A stretch of 64,000 bases of DNA from contig MU054323.1 of NCBI GenBank assembly GCA_013239625.1, positions 3,646,161 through 3,710,160 of the forward strand, in the 5' to 3' direction. The position numbers and the translations under genes are program-made. The stretch comes from Lama guanicoe (taxonomy: Eukaryota). The stretch's first letter is position 1. Every line of letters starts with the position of its first letter. Below, piece by piece: positions 49,271 to 62,745 of this stretch. The notes beneath the pieces are model-generated. The model had not been told where the DNA came from. It worked only from the letters and a program-made list of their open reading frames with translations, and did no database searches.

Positions 49271-49756
49271 CACGCTGTGGTTGTCAGCTTTACACGTGTT
49301 CTGTCGATCAGCCTCCAGGTGCCAGGCTAAGCCTGGCTGTCTGCTCTGTAAAGCCTGCCAGTGACCGACCACTGCCGGTACATCTGAGCTTTGCTCTCTG
49401 CAGATGACTGCATGCTACCAGGAGTCAGTTTTACTTGTTTCCAAACCTGTTTATGCCAGCTATATTTGCTCTTGCAATTACAGAATTTAATTATTCTTTA
49501 TATAAACTATTTGTATGCATGAAGTTCTCTCTTTCTAGAACCTGCTGAGCTGCTTCCACCTCCCCCAACCCCCTTTCACCAAATCCCCTTCACTGCCCCC
49601 TGACTGGCTTCCACCCACAGGCTCCTGCCTCTGATGGGCCAGGACTCCCTCCCTCAGAGCCCAAGGATGGTGAAACCCTCCCACGTCAGGATGGGTCCCT
49701 GGCTCTGGCCAGGCCACTCTCAGAGCTGGCAACGCATTGCTGGGGACAGATAGTAC

Positions 49757-49892
49757 CTAAACAGGTCCTTGGAGGCCTCCCTGTGGTCTGCGCAGGACGT
49801 GGGCCCTCCACGCTCGTGGGCAGCTGGCAGCAGTAGGGGGTCACCCAGGGGGACGGCTCCGCCGAGGTCAGGATCGTCAAACAGTTTCAGGG
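49757..49892 (-). CDS. HS1BP3: HS1BP3 internal coding exon (probably exon 6)
   Basis: (P)LKLFDDPDLGGAVPLGDPLLLPAAHERGGPTSCADHREASKDLF(R). Acceptor ttctccacag|, donor |gtacta; 136 nt, phase 1 to 2. Confidence 0.93.
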
Positions 49893-51304
49893 CTGTGGAG
49901 AAGGCAGCAGCAGAGCGGTCAGAAGTCCTGGCCTGTCCTCAGCTGCCTGGGGTGTGCAGGTGGAGACAGTCTGGCCCAACCTCCTGACACAGCCAGGGAA
50001 GAGGGAGTCAGCTGGTCTCTTCTGTCCGCAAGGCAGGGCACGAGAGCCGCAGGACAGGGGCCGAGTGGGGGTGATGGGAAAGAGCTCCCTGGGGCCCGGC
50101 ACACTGTCTGCCTGCCCCCGCCGTCCATGCTGGGCCAGAGACAGCTGATGGCATCACTCTGGTTTTAGATCCTCGCAGCCTCCCCACTGCCTTTAGGAAG
50201 AAACAGCCTCTTCAGCTCACTGTCCCCACGACCCCAGGCAGCTGAATCTCTTAGCTTGGCCCCCAGGGCTGCACCCCAGTCTTCCAACAAGTGCTCACTG
50301 AGTGCCAACCACCGGCCCAGGGCTGCCGCCTCTGGGATGCAGTGCTGAGCAGACACTGCTTGGACTGCAGCCCCTCCCTTCGAGGAGCCGGAGTCTGCTC
50401 CCCACGCTCTCCCCATCTCAACTGCTCAACGCTGCCCTTTGTGAAAGGTGGCTGCAGCCTCTTCACCCAGAATATGCTTTTTCAGTAGGCCTGGCAAACT
50501 CGGACGACCTTCCAGGATCCAGCTCAAGCACAGCTCCTCAAGCTGACCCTAACCTGGGAAGTCTTCCCTGTGTCCCCACAGGCACTGATGTTTTGCTCAG
50601 ACCTGAGGCCCAGGCTACCCTGTAAATGTCAGGAGATGTCCTGTCTCTGGTGGGAGGCCTGGGGCTGGGACTGTGTCTTACCAGCCATGTGTTCTCAGGC
50701 CCTGCACAGAGCTTGGCCCTCAGTGGGTGCTCACCAAGTGCCAGCTAAATTCATGGATGACATCAGTTCCCTCCCCTGGACGGGACCTGGGAGAGGGAGG
50801 AAAGGTCAGACCCAGGGACGAGTGTGGAAGTCCCAAGGCTGCTCAGCTTTCCTGTTCCAACTCCGCACAGAACCCTCCTGTGAGGTCTCTGCCAGGGACA
50901 CACAACCTCTCATTAGAATCCAAGTCACGCGGAGTCCCAGGGTGCTGCGGGCAGGCTGGCGTCCACTCTCCACCTGGGGCCATCTGGCCGCAGGTGTAAC
51001 GAAGGTACTTTTACATCAGTCACAACCCACACTTTCCAAAGCAACAAAAAAAAAAACGCCCTCTGCTTCCGAGGAGTGATTAAACATACAGCCCTGGAAT
51101 GTTCCAGGCTGTGGGGACACAAGGTGCCAGACTAGATTTCTCCAGGAGAAAATCTCCATTGACTGAGTCTGTATCGTGTCAAAATAAGAGAAGGGAAGAC
51201 TTCCAACCTGCTCGCATGTGGTGGGTCCAAAGCCGCTCACAGAGGTTGGTCGGGCCACCCACAAGACCCCGAGAGTGAAGGGAACACCCTGGGGATCTAC
51301 TTAC

Positions 51305-51450
51305 GGTCCTCTGCGGAGCCCTGGGGACAAGGCTTCCTGACTGGGCCGAACAGCCCCTCATCGGGGTCCACCTCCTCATCAAAGATGGTGAGCCGGGGTG
51401 GGGGTTTGGGCGTCATGGCCACTTCAGGCCGTTTCTTGGGTTTCTTGGAG
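51305..51450 (-). CDS. HS1BP3: HS1BP3 internal coding exon (probably exon 5)
   Basis: SKKPKKRPEVAMTPKPPPRLTIFDEEVDPDEGLFGPVRKPCPQGSAED. Acceptor ttctccag|, donor |gtaagt; 146 nt, phase 2 to 1. This frame is not in the ORF track; I read it by hand. Confidence 0.93.
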
Positions 51451-54400
51451 CTGGAGAATCACAGACAGAACCCGAGGTTAGGGCTTCGCACAAGAGCCCT
51501 GCCGGCTGGCCTGGGTGGCCTGGCCAGACTCACAGAGGCATTGGACAGGCTTGAGCTGGTGTCAGGGAGGAACTTTCCAAGGCCTCAACAACGGAGGCAG
51601 TGAGACACTGCTCCTGAGAGCCTGGGGAATGGCGCTGTTAGGACGTGTGGGAAGAGCTGCCAGGCATCTAGATGACACAACCGACTACAGACTGTTCCCA
51701 GCCCCGAAGGGCCGGCAGGACTCGGACCTGCCTGTGTGGCTGCAGGTCAGAGAACGTGCCCTCCTTCCGGGGCAGCGGGGGCCACCCGACCTCAGTGCTC
51801 CCTGGGGCCAGGCTCAGAGAGTCACCCTACAGCCGCTCAGTAACGGGGTGGATGCATGTGAGCCTGCAGAGCTCAGGGCCTGGACCCGGGGCAGAACAGA
51901 TGGCAGCCCTGGTCAACGTTCCCTTGTTCCCTCCCCACACATCCCCCTCTCCTTGTGCAGAATAACCTCCATCATTCCAGAAAACACTTCAGTCCCACTG
52001 AGCAAACCCCGTCTCCTTCAGGGAACCCCTCTGACCACTCAGAGTCCCAGTCAGCTCTGCACCCCTCGGGTCCCTTTACATCTCATTTACTGGCTGGCCG
52101 AGGTCTTGCTTTGGACCAGACGCTGCTGCGGGACGCCAGGAGGGGGCTTTATTTCCTGACCCACGTAGGGGTTACATGGTGTAAACCTTCAGGGACACGT
52201 CACTGGAAGTTATATTGCCAGTAAATAAATTAACTTGGTTTCATTTTAACAAGGTGATCCAATCCCTGTGTTGATGCCTAAATTAGCCATTTTAACATTC
52301 CTGCAAACAACAAAAACAAGCTTTTAACTGGAAGTGGGATTTCCCGGCAACTGTCTGCCCGGGGGACCGTTCCACTGGACTAAGGTCACCGTCTGAGCTC
52401 AAGCTGGCAATTACTATGTGGTTAAACTGTGCTGATACTGCGGTAAAAATGGCACAGACTGACAGCAGGTGAAAACTGTTGCAGGGCGGCCCTGGGTGTT
52501 GCAGGGCAGGGTGCCCAGAGGCAGTCATTTCCACGGTCTGGATTTAGATGTCTGGTAGAATTTCGGGCTCCCAGAGGAGATGGGGAGAAGCTATGAAATG
52601 TGTGGACGCACCTGCTGGAAGGCAGCAGGACCAACGCACCTCCATGCTCGGGGCCAAGGCCCCTGGGGAAAGAGCTCTGTTGGCAGACCGAGGAAACAGT
52701 GGTTCAGAGAAGCTGGGTGTCTGCTCAAGGCCACACAGCAGGCAGGGCCAGAGACTCGACGGCAGCACCCCAGTCCCTGCTCTCCCTCCATCCCAGGTAC
52801 AAGCCAGACAGACAGGCTCAAGCCGCAGATTACCGGGGCCACGCCTCTGTCACGGTGCCACCTCCAGGCCCTGCCTGTGGTGCTCGGCGAGCTGAAAGGG
52901 GCCTGGGCTCCTCCGGAAACTACATCTGTGCCTCCTCATGCACCTTAAGGAGTCAGGTGTCCTGCTCTCCTGGGATGTTTTCCTTTTGTTTCACAGACCA
53001 GGCAGACCCCGGGCAGCCCTAACAGCCCCTGGGAAGTGGGTACCACAGAGGCCCTGGCCCTCAGGACAGGCCAGCCGGAGACGGCCCTGGTCGAGACCCG
53101 CTGCGTCCGGACCCGCTGCGTCCAGATTTCCACGGCAGCCCTGGGAGCTGTTTGCATCTCTGTGGACTCTCCTGGCCACTGGCCCAGCCTGGGGCCCGAG
53201 GGCTTTGCCCCACCACTGTCCCTCAATTTCCCATCACAGCCGCCCTTTGCTTGGCCCTGCTCCTGGGTCTGGCAGGCGCTGCAGCAGTGAAGGGCAGAGA
53301 GCCCCCAGCTGTAGCCCCCAGGGTTGGTGGGGGGGCTAGGGCTGGGCCTCACCGCCCACAGGTCCACCCTGCTTGGAAACTGGCAGGCCTGAAACCCCAG
53401 GTGGGGAAAGACATTCACATCTTCCTCAGCAGACGGGGCCCCTGGGGCAGGGGCTGGGGGCTTCCCATGGGCCAGAAATCAAAGGACGCACAGAGAGAAG
53501 GGAAGGTCCGAAGAACAAAGGAAGTGAATGAACAGACGTGATTAATTATCTCTGGAGAAGCCACACAGAGACTGCAATGATTCCCCTTCTCGCACCTACT
53601 TCTGGTTCGGAGAGCACAAATTAGGCCTGACTTTCCTGCTATGTGAGTTTTCCCCTCAGACTGGATGAATGGTCTTGTTTTTCTCCCCAGAGACATTTTT
53701 AATCTTTTGTTGTCTTTACTTGGAATGAAGCAATCCTACAGCACACGGGGCTGCTCAGACACCATCTGAACCCCACCCCACTCCCCCCGGGCCGTCCAGT
53801 CTCCCCGACTCCCCTGAGCCGACTCCAGGGGGGACAATAACAAGAGAAACACGGAGCTTTGACGGCCGAAAGCCCGAGGGTCCTGTCCTGGTTGGCCCCA
53901 AATTCAGTCCCTGGGGGCTCAGTGGTGTGCCTGGTCCCGAGCAGATGCTCAATAAATATTAGATGAAAGGACGGATGGATGGAGGGGTGGCAGAGGGATG
54001 CACAGACAGATGAACGAACAGACGGACAGACAGGGTGACAGTACATCTCTAATCCAGACTTATTTCTACCTCCTTCCCCAGGGAGCGGGGAAAGGGGGTG
54101 AAGAGAGGGGGGCTCCCAGCATCGTCTCAGAGACCCTCCACTCCATCGCTCCTCCTCCAAAGATCCCTCCACTAGCCCCTCGGCTCTCCTGTAAGGAGCC
54201 CATCCTCTCACCCTGAGCACTTTGTCTGACTCGGCGCTCAGTGAGCACATCTCCTGGGCAAGAACCTGTGCGAGTGAGGAGGGCGCAGAGATGAGGAAGA
54301 CCTGGCACCATCTCCAGAAGCTCACAGCCGAGCAGAGTCCCAGACACAGACTGGTAACTACCACACAGGGCAGTAATTACATGACAGCCGGAGCCCAGAG

Positions 54401-56649
54401 GAAGGAGCCAACCCAGCCTGACGGCTTCCTAGAGAAGGTGACATAGAGGTAAACAGTGACATGGGGCAGGAGGGGTGCAAGAACGGGAGACTGACTTGGG
54501 CAGAGACCCTCAGTCTCTGCGGGGATGTGGGAGGCGTGACTCGGGCACGACCAGGAACCTGGTCCCTGGTCCCCCGTGGAAGGTTTGCTCCTGGTCCACA
54601 GAGAAATGATCAGGGCCTGGACTGGGGGAGACTGGGAGAACTGGCAAAGTGCTGACAAATGTGGACTACTGAAGTGACTCAGGGGCAGAAGGGACATGTT
54701 TCGAATGGTGCCAGGCTCCGACTCAGGACAGGATAGGCACTTCACATGTGCGATGAGATATGGACTCCGAGCCCCATTCCTTCCCCTTGCTCACTGGTCA
54801 TGTGAGCAGGGACTCAGGCTGACCCAGGGGCTACGGCCCTGGTGCCCCTCCATCCCCCTCTCAGCTCCTCTCCACCCGTGTCCACCCACCCGTCTGCAGG
54901 ACACCCCACCCATCTCTGCTGTGCCTGCCTGAGGACATACTACCCAGCTGTGCTGTCCTCACCTGCCAGCCCACCCTCTGCACCGAAGCTATAGAGAATG
55001 CCTCACCTCTCCCTTTACCAAGGGAAGGCTGGTACAGTTAGACTCCTGCCACCAGGGATGGGGCAACTGAGCATCAGACAGAGAGGTCTAGGATGGACGA
55101 AGCTGCAGCTCCTGACCTTGTGTAGATCCCCACACAGCACAGGTGGCGTGAAGTGGGTAGGGGCTCCCTGGATGGGTGCAGGCCTGTGGAAGCGTGCTCC
55201 TGCGCTACACACGTATGTTCCTAGACACACATCAGCTCTCCTGCTGTGTGTGCCTGACAGGAGGCAGCTGTCCAGACCAGGCCACATTCTGCAGGCAGGC
55301 GTGGAGCGCACTTGGGTGAGAGGCAGCAGATGCCACAGCTGACAGCTCTGACAGGCCAAGAAGCGGCCCTGCTCCACGGGGCTCAGTGACAGTGATTAAC
55401 ACAAGAGCATCCTCCCCTGCGGCCACCCAGGGGGCTTGTGTCAATGCTCCCATATATACCTGCCCCCCACAGCCCTGGACCCAAGCGCACTTGAGCTGCA
55501 GAGGCATCTCCTAGACTAAACAGAAAACGGTGGATCCTCTCAATGCCAAGACTCACAGACAACACGACTGTTACCTTCAAAGCCAGGGTGATGCTAAACC
55601 AAATACAGAAATCAACCTCCTTTCCAAGCATACAACTTTCCTGCTTTAAAATAAAGGACTTTTCATTTTTCAAACCTTAATTTCAGTTTGTTTGTTTGTT
55701 TTCTCAATTAGGGAAAATTCTGAGTGCCAATAAACGAACTTGTGAAGTTCATTCCAGGACAATGTTATTTGCAGCAACAGTACCAGGCAACGGACTTCTA
55801 CAGTGACCCGATTACAAGAGTCAAGCAAAATCACGGAGGAGAGGCATTCATCCCATGGGCCTGGGCCTGCCTTGCCAGGACAGGGGATTCAGGGAAGCAC
55901 TGGATAGAAGGATGAGCAGGGTCAGGAAAGCTGTGCTTCAGGCAGAGAATAGCCCTTCAAAAACTCTGAGATGGGAGGAGCTCAGCATATTCAGGTGTCC
56001 AACAGCTGGACCAGCAGGCATGGCTAGAGGAGGAGGGTCTGAGGGGAAGTCAGGACCATATCCTGAAGGGCCAGGGGAGGTTCTGACTGCTCCCGAGGGA
56101 GGAGCACTGTAGGGGGATGCGGAAGAACCTGTGTATGACCCCGGGCCAGTCGTTTCACTCTTGGAGTGTTTCCTTATCTGCTCAACGGGAGTAAGGAATC
56201 CTGCTGGATGGTGCCCTACTGTGTGATCTTGGGAAGGTTCCTCAACTGTAGCCATAAAGACACTGGATTTGACCTCTAGTTGCTTACAGTTTAAAGGCTC
56301 TGTCATTCCAAGAATGCACTGACTTGGGCGCTGCCACAAGGCTCCCAGGCAGCCTGAGACAGGGGAATGGCAGGTATGACCTCCTAAGACTCGATCCCCC
56401 AAGGAGTCAAGTTACCATTTAATCCCATCAAAGACAGCCAAGCAAGCCTTGTCCTCCAGGGACACAGACTGCAGGAGGCAACCCTCCCACCTTGGGAGAG
56501 AGCTGGCTTGCTGCAAGCTTGACAGATGTATAGGTGGCCTGTTATGCTGATATTTGCATAACAACAATAGGGAATGGAAAAGCCACCTTGCCATTTCAAC
56601 TATTTAAATACCCCAGGGCTTCTTTACAGCAAAGTAAATCTGAAAGAGT

Positions 56650-56825
56650 AATAACATCACACAAAAGAAATTTCCTGTACTTCACCTCATTTTATACTTA
56701 CAACCACTAGGCTTGGACTTTAAATTACAAAGAGGAAAACTGAGGCTCTGATAAGTTCCATAACCCAGTTGCTAAGTGGCAGAGTTGGGATTTGAACCTG
56801 GAAAGGTTCTGTCTCTAACCCTGCT
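56650..56825 (-). mobile_element. MIR SINE
   Basis: gaggaaaactgaggctc...taagtggcagagttgggatttgaacctgg. Confidence 0.65.
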
Positions 56826-59539
56826 CTGGGGTGACCACACATCCTAGCTTTCTCAGCAGCTTTAAACCACACTCAGGATCCCTGACCCTCTGCAAAGGAG
56901 CCCAAGGCCATCTGAGAGGTGGGCTGAGGCCGAGGGGGCAGAGATCCAGTCCCCACTCCTGTCCCAACAGGGCCAATCCTGTCCCTCGGGAAGCTGAGGG
57001 TCCTCAGGGAACTGAGGCCGAGAGGGGGCTCCCTGGGAACTGGGGCAAGAGGTGGGTGCGGCAGTAGGCCGTGTGGGTGGGTAGTGTTGGAAAAGAAAAA
57101 AACTTACCAACATAGGGCAATAAAGTCCCAAAAGACCCCTTCACTGGAGTGGCACAACTAAGACCCCAGCAGGAGCTCTGGGGACCTTGCTCTGGGGTAG
57201 GCATCTGGGGAGAAGCCCAATAGAATAAACACTCCACACATGAGCAAGTTCTTCATTGCCTGGAATAGCAAAAACCAATGGAAGACACCACAGTGTCCCC
57301 AAGCAGGGGCCTGGCAGTACCATTTACAGCGCATCAGTCTGACGGACTAGCAGAAGAAGACAGAAGTCTATTTATTGATCTGGAAAGACTCAGTATGTAA
57401 GCTAGAAAAAAAAGCAACTTAAGGAATGGCGTGCATAACATGATTCCATTTTAGTAATATATCAGGAATATACAAAGAGGATGCCTTCACAACGAAAGGA
57501 CTTTCAACTGTGGTTTCAATTTTTCTATTATTAATTGTAAATTATTTGCATTACAATTAAAAATGCTTCCAGCAGAGTATTTCCCAGAAGAAGGCAGAAC
57601 TATTATGGGAGAACTTTGTCTTTCTCAGAACTGTGAAGTCTCTAAAATAGAAAAGTTAAATATGAAAACTATGTTCCACAGGGAAAGTGATCATGAGGAC
57701 ATTAAGTAAAAAAGCAGAGTGAAAAAAAGACGTGTGCACTCTGTCTGCAGTTATGGGGATTGGACCAGGACAGGGATACACAAAAATCCCCAAAATAGGA
57801 GAGCAGCAGTGTTGGGATGGGCGGCGATGAGGTCTATTCGGTTAAAAAGGCACTTTCTAGTGGTGTAGTCATATCTCTCCCTAATCAGAACCAGGTTTAA
57901 CAGACAAAGAAGAGTCAGGCTTTGTGCGTCCACCTTCCAGCAGCCCCACAGTGGAGCAACAGTGCCCCACCGTGGCCACAGCAGGAAGGGCTGACGCCTG
58001 TCGCCTAGAAACGTGGCTGCTGCAAGAAGGCCAGAGCCAGGCCCAGATGGGCGCATGGGGGTGGCGTGGCGCGAAGCTGGGAAAACAGGGATGCCTCATC
58101 CGCAGAGGAACTGAGGCACAGGATGGAGAAATACTCAGGCAAAGTGTAAGGATCCTGCAAAGAACAGAACGGTCCTTACCCAAGGGCAGCACTGTACAAA
58201 GAAGTCAACTGGCCCACCTGGGTGTCCAGAGGCCAAGAGGAAACTCTGACTTCAAGGTAGGGCTTCACTACACACAAGGCTCTGGCTAAGTCTCCGTTCA
58301 ACACTCTCCTCAATTTGCCCATCTGTGAAAGGCGGATAACCGTAGGGCTCTCCCTGGAAGACTGGAGTCAAGGGACTGGGCAGGGAGGTGGCATCAAGTC
58401 CTGACTCCACTACCTGTGTCTGGATGTATCTGGATAAGACACTTCACTCCAAATGTCAGCTTCCTCATACAGACTGGGCCTGGTGCCAGTACCGGCTTTC
58501 TAGAGCACCAGTTCCCAAACCAGACCCACGGTGGATCCTGAAAGCAGTGACCTTAAAAAAAAAAAAGGGCGGAGTAGAAAATGTCTATTCGTGTAAATGC
58601 TAATCAGTTCCTGGCATTTAATAAGTTCTCAAAAAATGTTATTATTCCTGATGGAAGTGACAGCACTGACTATCATCAGATCGGTCATTAACAGACTGGC
58701 AGAAGGTCAAGAGCCTCTGGGACCCCTTCAGTGCTCAGCAATCCTTGGATTCAGGAAGGAGACATGAGCGCAGAGCTGGGGATGGTGCTGAGCGCAGGGC
58801 TCCTCAGTCTGCACACCCCTGTCAATCTGCTCCTGGAGTGGGCAGGAAATTAAAGGTGGCCCCTGTCAACCCCAAAGAGCATTTTCCTACCCAAAAAAGG
58901 AGCTGCTTTGCTAAGCATGTCCTTCAGCCAAAGGCTGGCGCAAACCACAGAAGCCCATCTCAGTCTGGCACCAAGAAACGTGTGGTTACTCCAAACAACA
59001 GAGAGGGTGAGTTCAAACAAATATAGCCCAACAAGGCCCTCGGGTTATACAAGGCTGATAAGGAGTGGCTATTACCAACTTCTCCCGACATAACCTCACT
59101 GTCGCTCCCACAGACCTGCTGTCCCTCCCAGGATGAGGTCGGCACAGAGGGCTGGGGGGTGCGGGTGCCTGACTCCTGGGAGCCAAGTAGCTGCAGGACC
59201 TCTGGCTCTGCTCCTCCGTCTCCCTGAGCTCCCAGATCTTTCCTGAGTTGGACTCCTCGTCCCCTCTAGGCTGGCCTCAAGGCAACCCTGCAGCCACAGG
59301 TCCCCATGTGCCACCCCCAACATCCCACCAGGAGAGGAAGACCTGCAGGGGGTGGGCAATGCTCTCTGGATTGTATTTTTCATGTTGTTTAAGTTGAACT
59401 TGCCCCCGCCGGACTTCTCATTGGCTCTAATTTCTTTCTGGAACGGAATCTGTGAGACAGGCAGAGAGAATGCCATCCTGGGTCTGCCGTCTGACTCAGC
59501 GGAGGTGGTGGGGCAGAAAGACGGGGCCAGGACATCTGT

Positions 59540-59875
59540 GTTAACTCAGTCTTCACAACAGCCCCGAAAGATAGGTGCTGTCATTATCCTGGTTTTGCTG
59601 CAGAAAACTGAAGAAACGGGGTAGATTGCTAGGATTCAAGCCCAGGCAGTCTGGCTCCACAGTCCCAGAGAGGATCCTGGGCTTGGTTTGATACCCAGAA
59701 CCTTTATTTACCAGCTGCCCGACGTCGGGCAAGGGATTGGCCTCAGAAGACTTCAGTTTCTTTAATCTGTCAAATGGCATAGTAACAGCTGTTTGCAGGG
59801 TAGGGTGTCCATGAGACATGGTAGACAAAGTGCAAAGCACAATGCCTGGCACATAGGAGGTGGTCAGAATCAATA
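59540..59875. mobile_element. Two MIR fragments in opposite orientation
   Basis: gaaaactgaagaa...ggattcaagcccaggcagtctggctcc (reverse), then cagtttctttaatctgtcaaatgg...gcacaatgcctggcacatag (forward). Confidence 0.65.
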
Positions 59876-60750
59876 GTTCCCACCTTGCTTCCTGCTCATT
59901 TAGGCCAAGAAGGGCCCCAGGGCAGCTGAGTCTGTCTGCTCCCCTTTGTCTCCTGGTTGGGAGGCTCCGCCCACACCTCAGCCTGTGTCCATCAGAGGGG
60001 CCTTTAGTCTCATCTAGCCTGCAGTCCCCTCCCCCAGCTCAGGGTGGTCACACAGTCGGGGCTCAGGAGCAGCTCACTAATTGGCTAAAATCAGTCAGAG
60101 GGACAGGAAAGGGGAAAGTACACAGTGACAGAATCAGGACACCAAGGGACCATCAAGACCGCAGCCAGCTTGTCTCTTCTGCAGGGTGCGTGTGTGCACG
60201 TGTGTGCAAGCGTGCGCCTGTAAAGGGAACACAGTCTACCCCGGGGCTCACTCTACCTCCCTGCATCACAGTCAGCACCTTACGGTCCATGTGATCCATA
60301 GAGCCTTACAACGAGCTTGGGGAGGCAGGGCCAAGGTAAATGTTCCTGCTCCAAGGACAGCAGAACTCAGCCCAGGGAGCTCCGGTCATGCGCCGCAGGT
60401 CACAGGCTTTCAGTGATGAGCTGGATGGAGAACCAGGCCCCCTGGGTCAGGATCAGGTAGCCTGGGCTGCTGAACTGCTGGGGGTGGGGGGACAGCCTTA
60501 CCAGGCCTCAGTGCAGAGGTGAGGGGGGACCACTGTGACGAGGGAGGGGGCAGGACATAACCGGGCCCAGCCCCAAAGACCCAGGCGATGTCAAGGGTGA
60601 GCAGAGAGCCAGTTCCCTGAGCACACCAGGGCCCTTGGGGTGGTGACCTGGGGAGACGGGTTTTCTCAGACTCCCAGGAAGAGGAAGAAGCTGTCCCCAG
60701 AGAGCCTGGAGTGGGCCAGATGGGAGTCCAGCCCAGAAGGGGGTACGTAC

Positions 60751-60967
60751 CGCATGATGCCCAGAGGGTCCAGTGCCTCCTCCTCCTCCTCTGAGGACTT
60801 CCCTGCATCCTCGCCCCTCTGGCCCAGAACGGGTGGGCCCTCACCCTCCACCTGGTCCTGCTGCTGGAAGAAGTCAAAAGCATCCCCGTCATCTCCTGCT
60901 TGGCTGTCTGTGTCCAGGACAGAGAAATCTCTGCTGCTGAGATCTGCAGCCCCAGGGGATCTGGTGC
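60751..60967 (-). CDS. HS1BP3: HS1BP3 internal coding exon (probably exon 4)
   Basis: (G)TRSPGAADLSSRDFSVLDTDSQAGDDGDAFDFFQQQDQVEGEGPPVLGQRGEDAGKSSEEEEEALDPLGIM(R). Acceptor ctccacag|, donor |gtacgt; 217 nt, phase 1 to 2. Confidence 0.95.
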
Positions 60968-62208
60968 CTGTGGAGGGAGACAGAGAAGGCACTGACATTC
61001 ACCACCAGGGGACAAAGGGGCACCTCCCCGCATGCAAGCTCTTGTGCCAGCACCTGAGGCTGGGGGCTTCCTGCAGATTCTGAGACCAGAATGGTAGATC
61101 TGGGTGCACAGGGTGTGGCGGGGGGAGCAAAGCCTGGGGTGCAGCAGTTACAATCCCATTCAAAAACCTTGTGAACCTTCAATTTCATGGTGTAAGCATC
61201 ATATAATTAACATTTTACAAGTATGGATTCATTTAAATATTGCAAAAACCCCACATGCAAGAACCTATTTGTACCTCCATTTTACAGATAAGGAAACTGA
61301 GGCACAGAGAAGCTGAGAAAGTCAGACAACCCTATTCTGCTTCCCCATAGCAGAAGGGGCCAGGAGATGGGGAGTTTCTTCCAGATACAGATGGTGGGGA
61401 GCCCCCTTACTGGAGCAGACACAGACCCAGAGGGAGGCAAAGAGGGGAGGGTTGTGACCTTGGAACAAACTGGGGCAGGAGAGACCCTGGCCTGCATACC
61501 CCGGTGGGGGCTGTGGACAAGGACAGAATAAAACTGGTGTTGCAGTCTTGCCCAGGCTCATACACTGTGCATACACTGGTTTTGCTTTTATTTCCCCACT
61601 CCATTTTTTTTTTTCAATTGGCTTATCTGCTGTGAATTTCCTTTGGAAAAATTCCCATCTGTCTTGTGAAACTAGGAGCCTCATAATAGTTGGGAAAAGA
61701 GTTAAACAGAGTGATCCAAAGAAGGGAGAAGGTCAAGGGTGAGTGCCCAGCACCTCGGGATGGGACCCCCTCCCTCACATCCTTCACCTGCCCTGGGGCA
61801 CTTGTGTAAGACGGGAACACGCCTGGTGTGTGCTGAGTTCAGCAGATGTGCTGAGTGGGGGTAAAGCGTCAGCTGTCGCTTCTACAGCACCTTCTGCACG
61901 GCAGGCCCTGTTCCAGGCACTTTACATGTGTCAGTTCACATGATTCTCACAAGCACCTGCCAGCTGGGCTAGTCCCATCGGACAGATAAGACTAGTGGAA
62001 AGATGGGAGGCTGTGGGACGCAGACGGCAAAGGATCGAGGTCCCCATCACTGGGTGCAGGGCTGCCTGGAGCCACAGCCACAACCCTCTCAGAGTGGGTA
62101 CAAGCTGAGTGACGTGTCCCCAGGGGCCAGGGAAGCAGCCTGGCTGTGGGAGCACAGCTTTCTCTGGTCCTTGCAGGTCCCCAGGCCTGGCTGGCGGGAG
62201 ACGGAAGG

Positions 62209-62237
62209 GTGTGTGCGCGCGCGTGTGTGCGTGCGTA
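62209..62237. repeat. Alternating purine-pyrimidine (GT/GC) tract
   Basis: gtgtgtgcgcgcgcgtgtgtgcgtgcgta, read directly. Confidence 0.85.
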
Positions 62238-62537
62238 GGGGGAGCTCTGGATGGGGCTGGCCAGGATGGGGTACATGGGGTGAGATCAGGGAGAAGACCC
62301 CTGGGAGAGGCCTGCCCAGCACCCAAGCAGTCAGTCCTAGCAGGCCGGGTCCCAGGCCCCTTCCGCCCACTGCGCTGGCCTAAGCAAGGCTTAAGGCACA
62401 CATGTACGTGCCTCAAACAGCCTGGCTGAGGCTTCTGGGCTGCGGGGGCCTGCAGAGCCTCTCCCCCTGTGCCAGGGCAGCAAGGCCTAGTTCTGGGGTG
62501 GCAGGGACCTCAGCGACGTGGGACAGAGCCCTGGTAC

Positions 62538-62745
62538 CTAAGAACTCTAGCAGCTCTGGGCTGCCGGCCAACTCGGCATCCCTCGAGACACAGCGCAGAA
62601 TCTCGTCAAACACGGCTCTCCTCTCCCGGATGTCAGACTCCCCAACAAACAGGACCTTCCTGGGGAGCGGGGAAAGACCGGCCTTTGGGTAACGGCTGCT
62701 GAGTTTCTGGTAGAACTCCTCAATCTCGCTGTACTTTTTGGAGAC
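62538..62745 (-). CDS. HS1BP3: HS1BP3 internal coding exon (PX domain, C-terminal part; probably exon 3)
   Basis: Translates to VSKKYSEIEEFYQKLSSRYPKAGLSPLPRKVLFVGESDIRERRAVFDEILRCVSRDAELAGSPELLEFL, which I recognise as the HS1BP3 PX domain. Acceptor ttccag| at 62746-47, donor |gtacca at 62536-37; 208 nt, phase 0 to 1. Confidence 0.96.
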
